From assembly GCF_035594765.1 (NCBI RefSeq), contig NC_085845.1, positions 140,074,897 to 140,138,896 on the forward strand: a stretch of DNA of 64,000 nt, written 5' to 3'. Shown piece after piece: positions 63,257 to 64,000 of the stretch (positions are counted from its first letter, which is position 1; every line of letters starts with the position of its first letter). A program made the translations under genes and the position numbers. The notes beneath the pieces are model-generated. The model was not told the origin of the DNA. It saw nothing but the letters and a program-made list of their open reading frames with translations, and searched no databases. Source of the DNA: Anolis carolinensis (lineage: Eukaryota).

Positions 63257-64000
63257 AAGATAGCCTACTGTGTTTAATTTTCAGATAGCTCCTGTATGTG
63301 GACCTATATGGAGCTATCTTACAGTGTCCTTTATCTGGACTGGCCCTGATCACTATGTAGTCTACTGTAATAATTCAATTTTACAATATAAATCTTGGGA
63401 AGCCATATCTCATTTTTTCCCCAGATTACATAAAAACTTCATCTATCTTGAATTTTTTTAAAAAATGTATCAATTGGATTTTTTAAACACTTAAACTATT
63501 TACCACATTGGTTTAACTGACTCAAGACGTTTCTGTGCCCAATGTAGGGAGTTTTAGCAACAGTTAAATAAAATATATAGTAGTAAACAAAACAGACAAC
63601 TTGCTGCTCTTCTGAGACCTCAAATTCATGCTTGCGTTGGAAGCTTTTTTGTGTACTTTGCTTAATCATTTGGTTGCTTGCTTACTTTGGAAACTGAATA
63701 GTGGACTATATGAGCTGGTGGTCTGCCCCAGAAGGTTTTTTTTGGTGTGTTCGTATGACTAATGGAATATAAAATAAATGTTATTGGATGTTCTGAATCA
63801 TTGCTCTGATTAACAGATAATACCGACCAAAGATGCAGTGAGCACTTTTCTTCTGAATAAAGACTCTGATCTTTCCTTTAATGTGTTATTACAAAATATT
63901 TTCCATTTCAAACCTTCCTTATGTAGTTATCGTATCCCAATTCCCATGACTTCTGCCAAAAAGATACGATTCCTATAGGATTATGATCTCAAAGTTGCTT

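Overview
Repeat-rich, AT-rich vertebrate genomic DNA, almost certainly from a squamate and probably an Anolis lizard, judging by the Sauria SINEs, a 5S-headed SINE, an Anolis SINE2-type element and an Anolis-type Penelope fragment. I find no convincing host protein-coding gene, tRNA, rRNA or CRISPR array, so the window looks intergenic or intronic. It contains a decayed L1 3' end (1-2975), three RTEX LINE copies, Vingi-, L2-, CR1-, RTE- and R4/Dong-like remnants, many Tc1/mariner, hAT and Harbinger-like MITEs, two Helitrons and five LTR-like solo elements (four with 5-bp TSDs). The most interesting signal is in two independent copies of one solo-LTR family (26778-27958 minus, 36021-37256 plus). 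Each carries an intact ~140-codon acidic ORF in U3, and the two differ mostly at synonymous sites. The ORF contains a helix/acidic linker/FxGF motif (LRDLF..PTDEDSFEGF) resembling the LEDGF/p75-IBD / TFIIS-N-terminal-domain binding motif of JPO2, POGZ and IWS1. A second, unrelated LTR family (19412-20288) carries an acidic U3 ORF ending in an HMGN-like RRSQRL motif. Together they suggest LTR-encoded chromatin-tethering tails, possibly integrase C-terminal read-through. Repeat family names and reference motifs are from memory, not from a database search.
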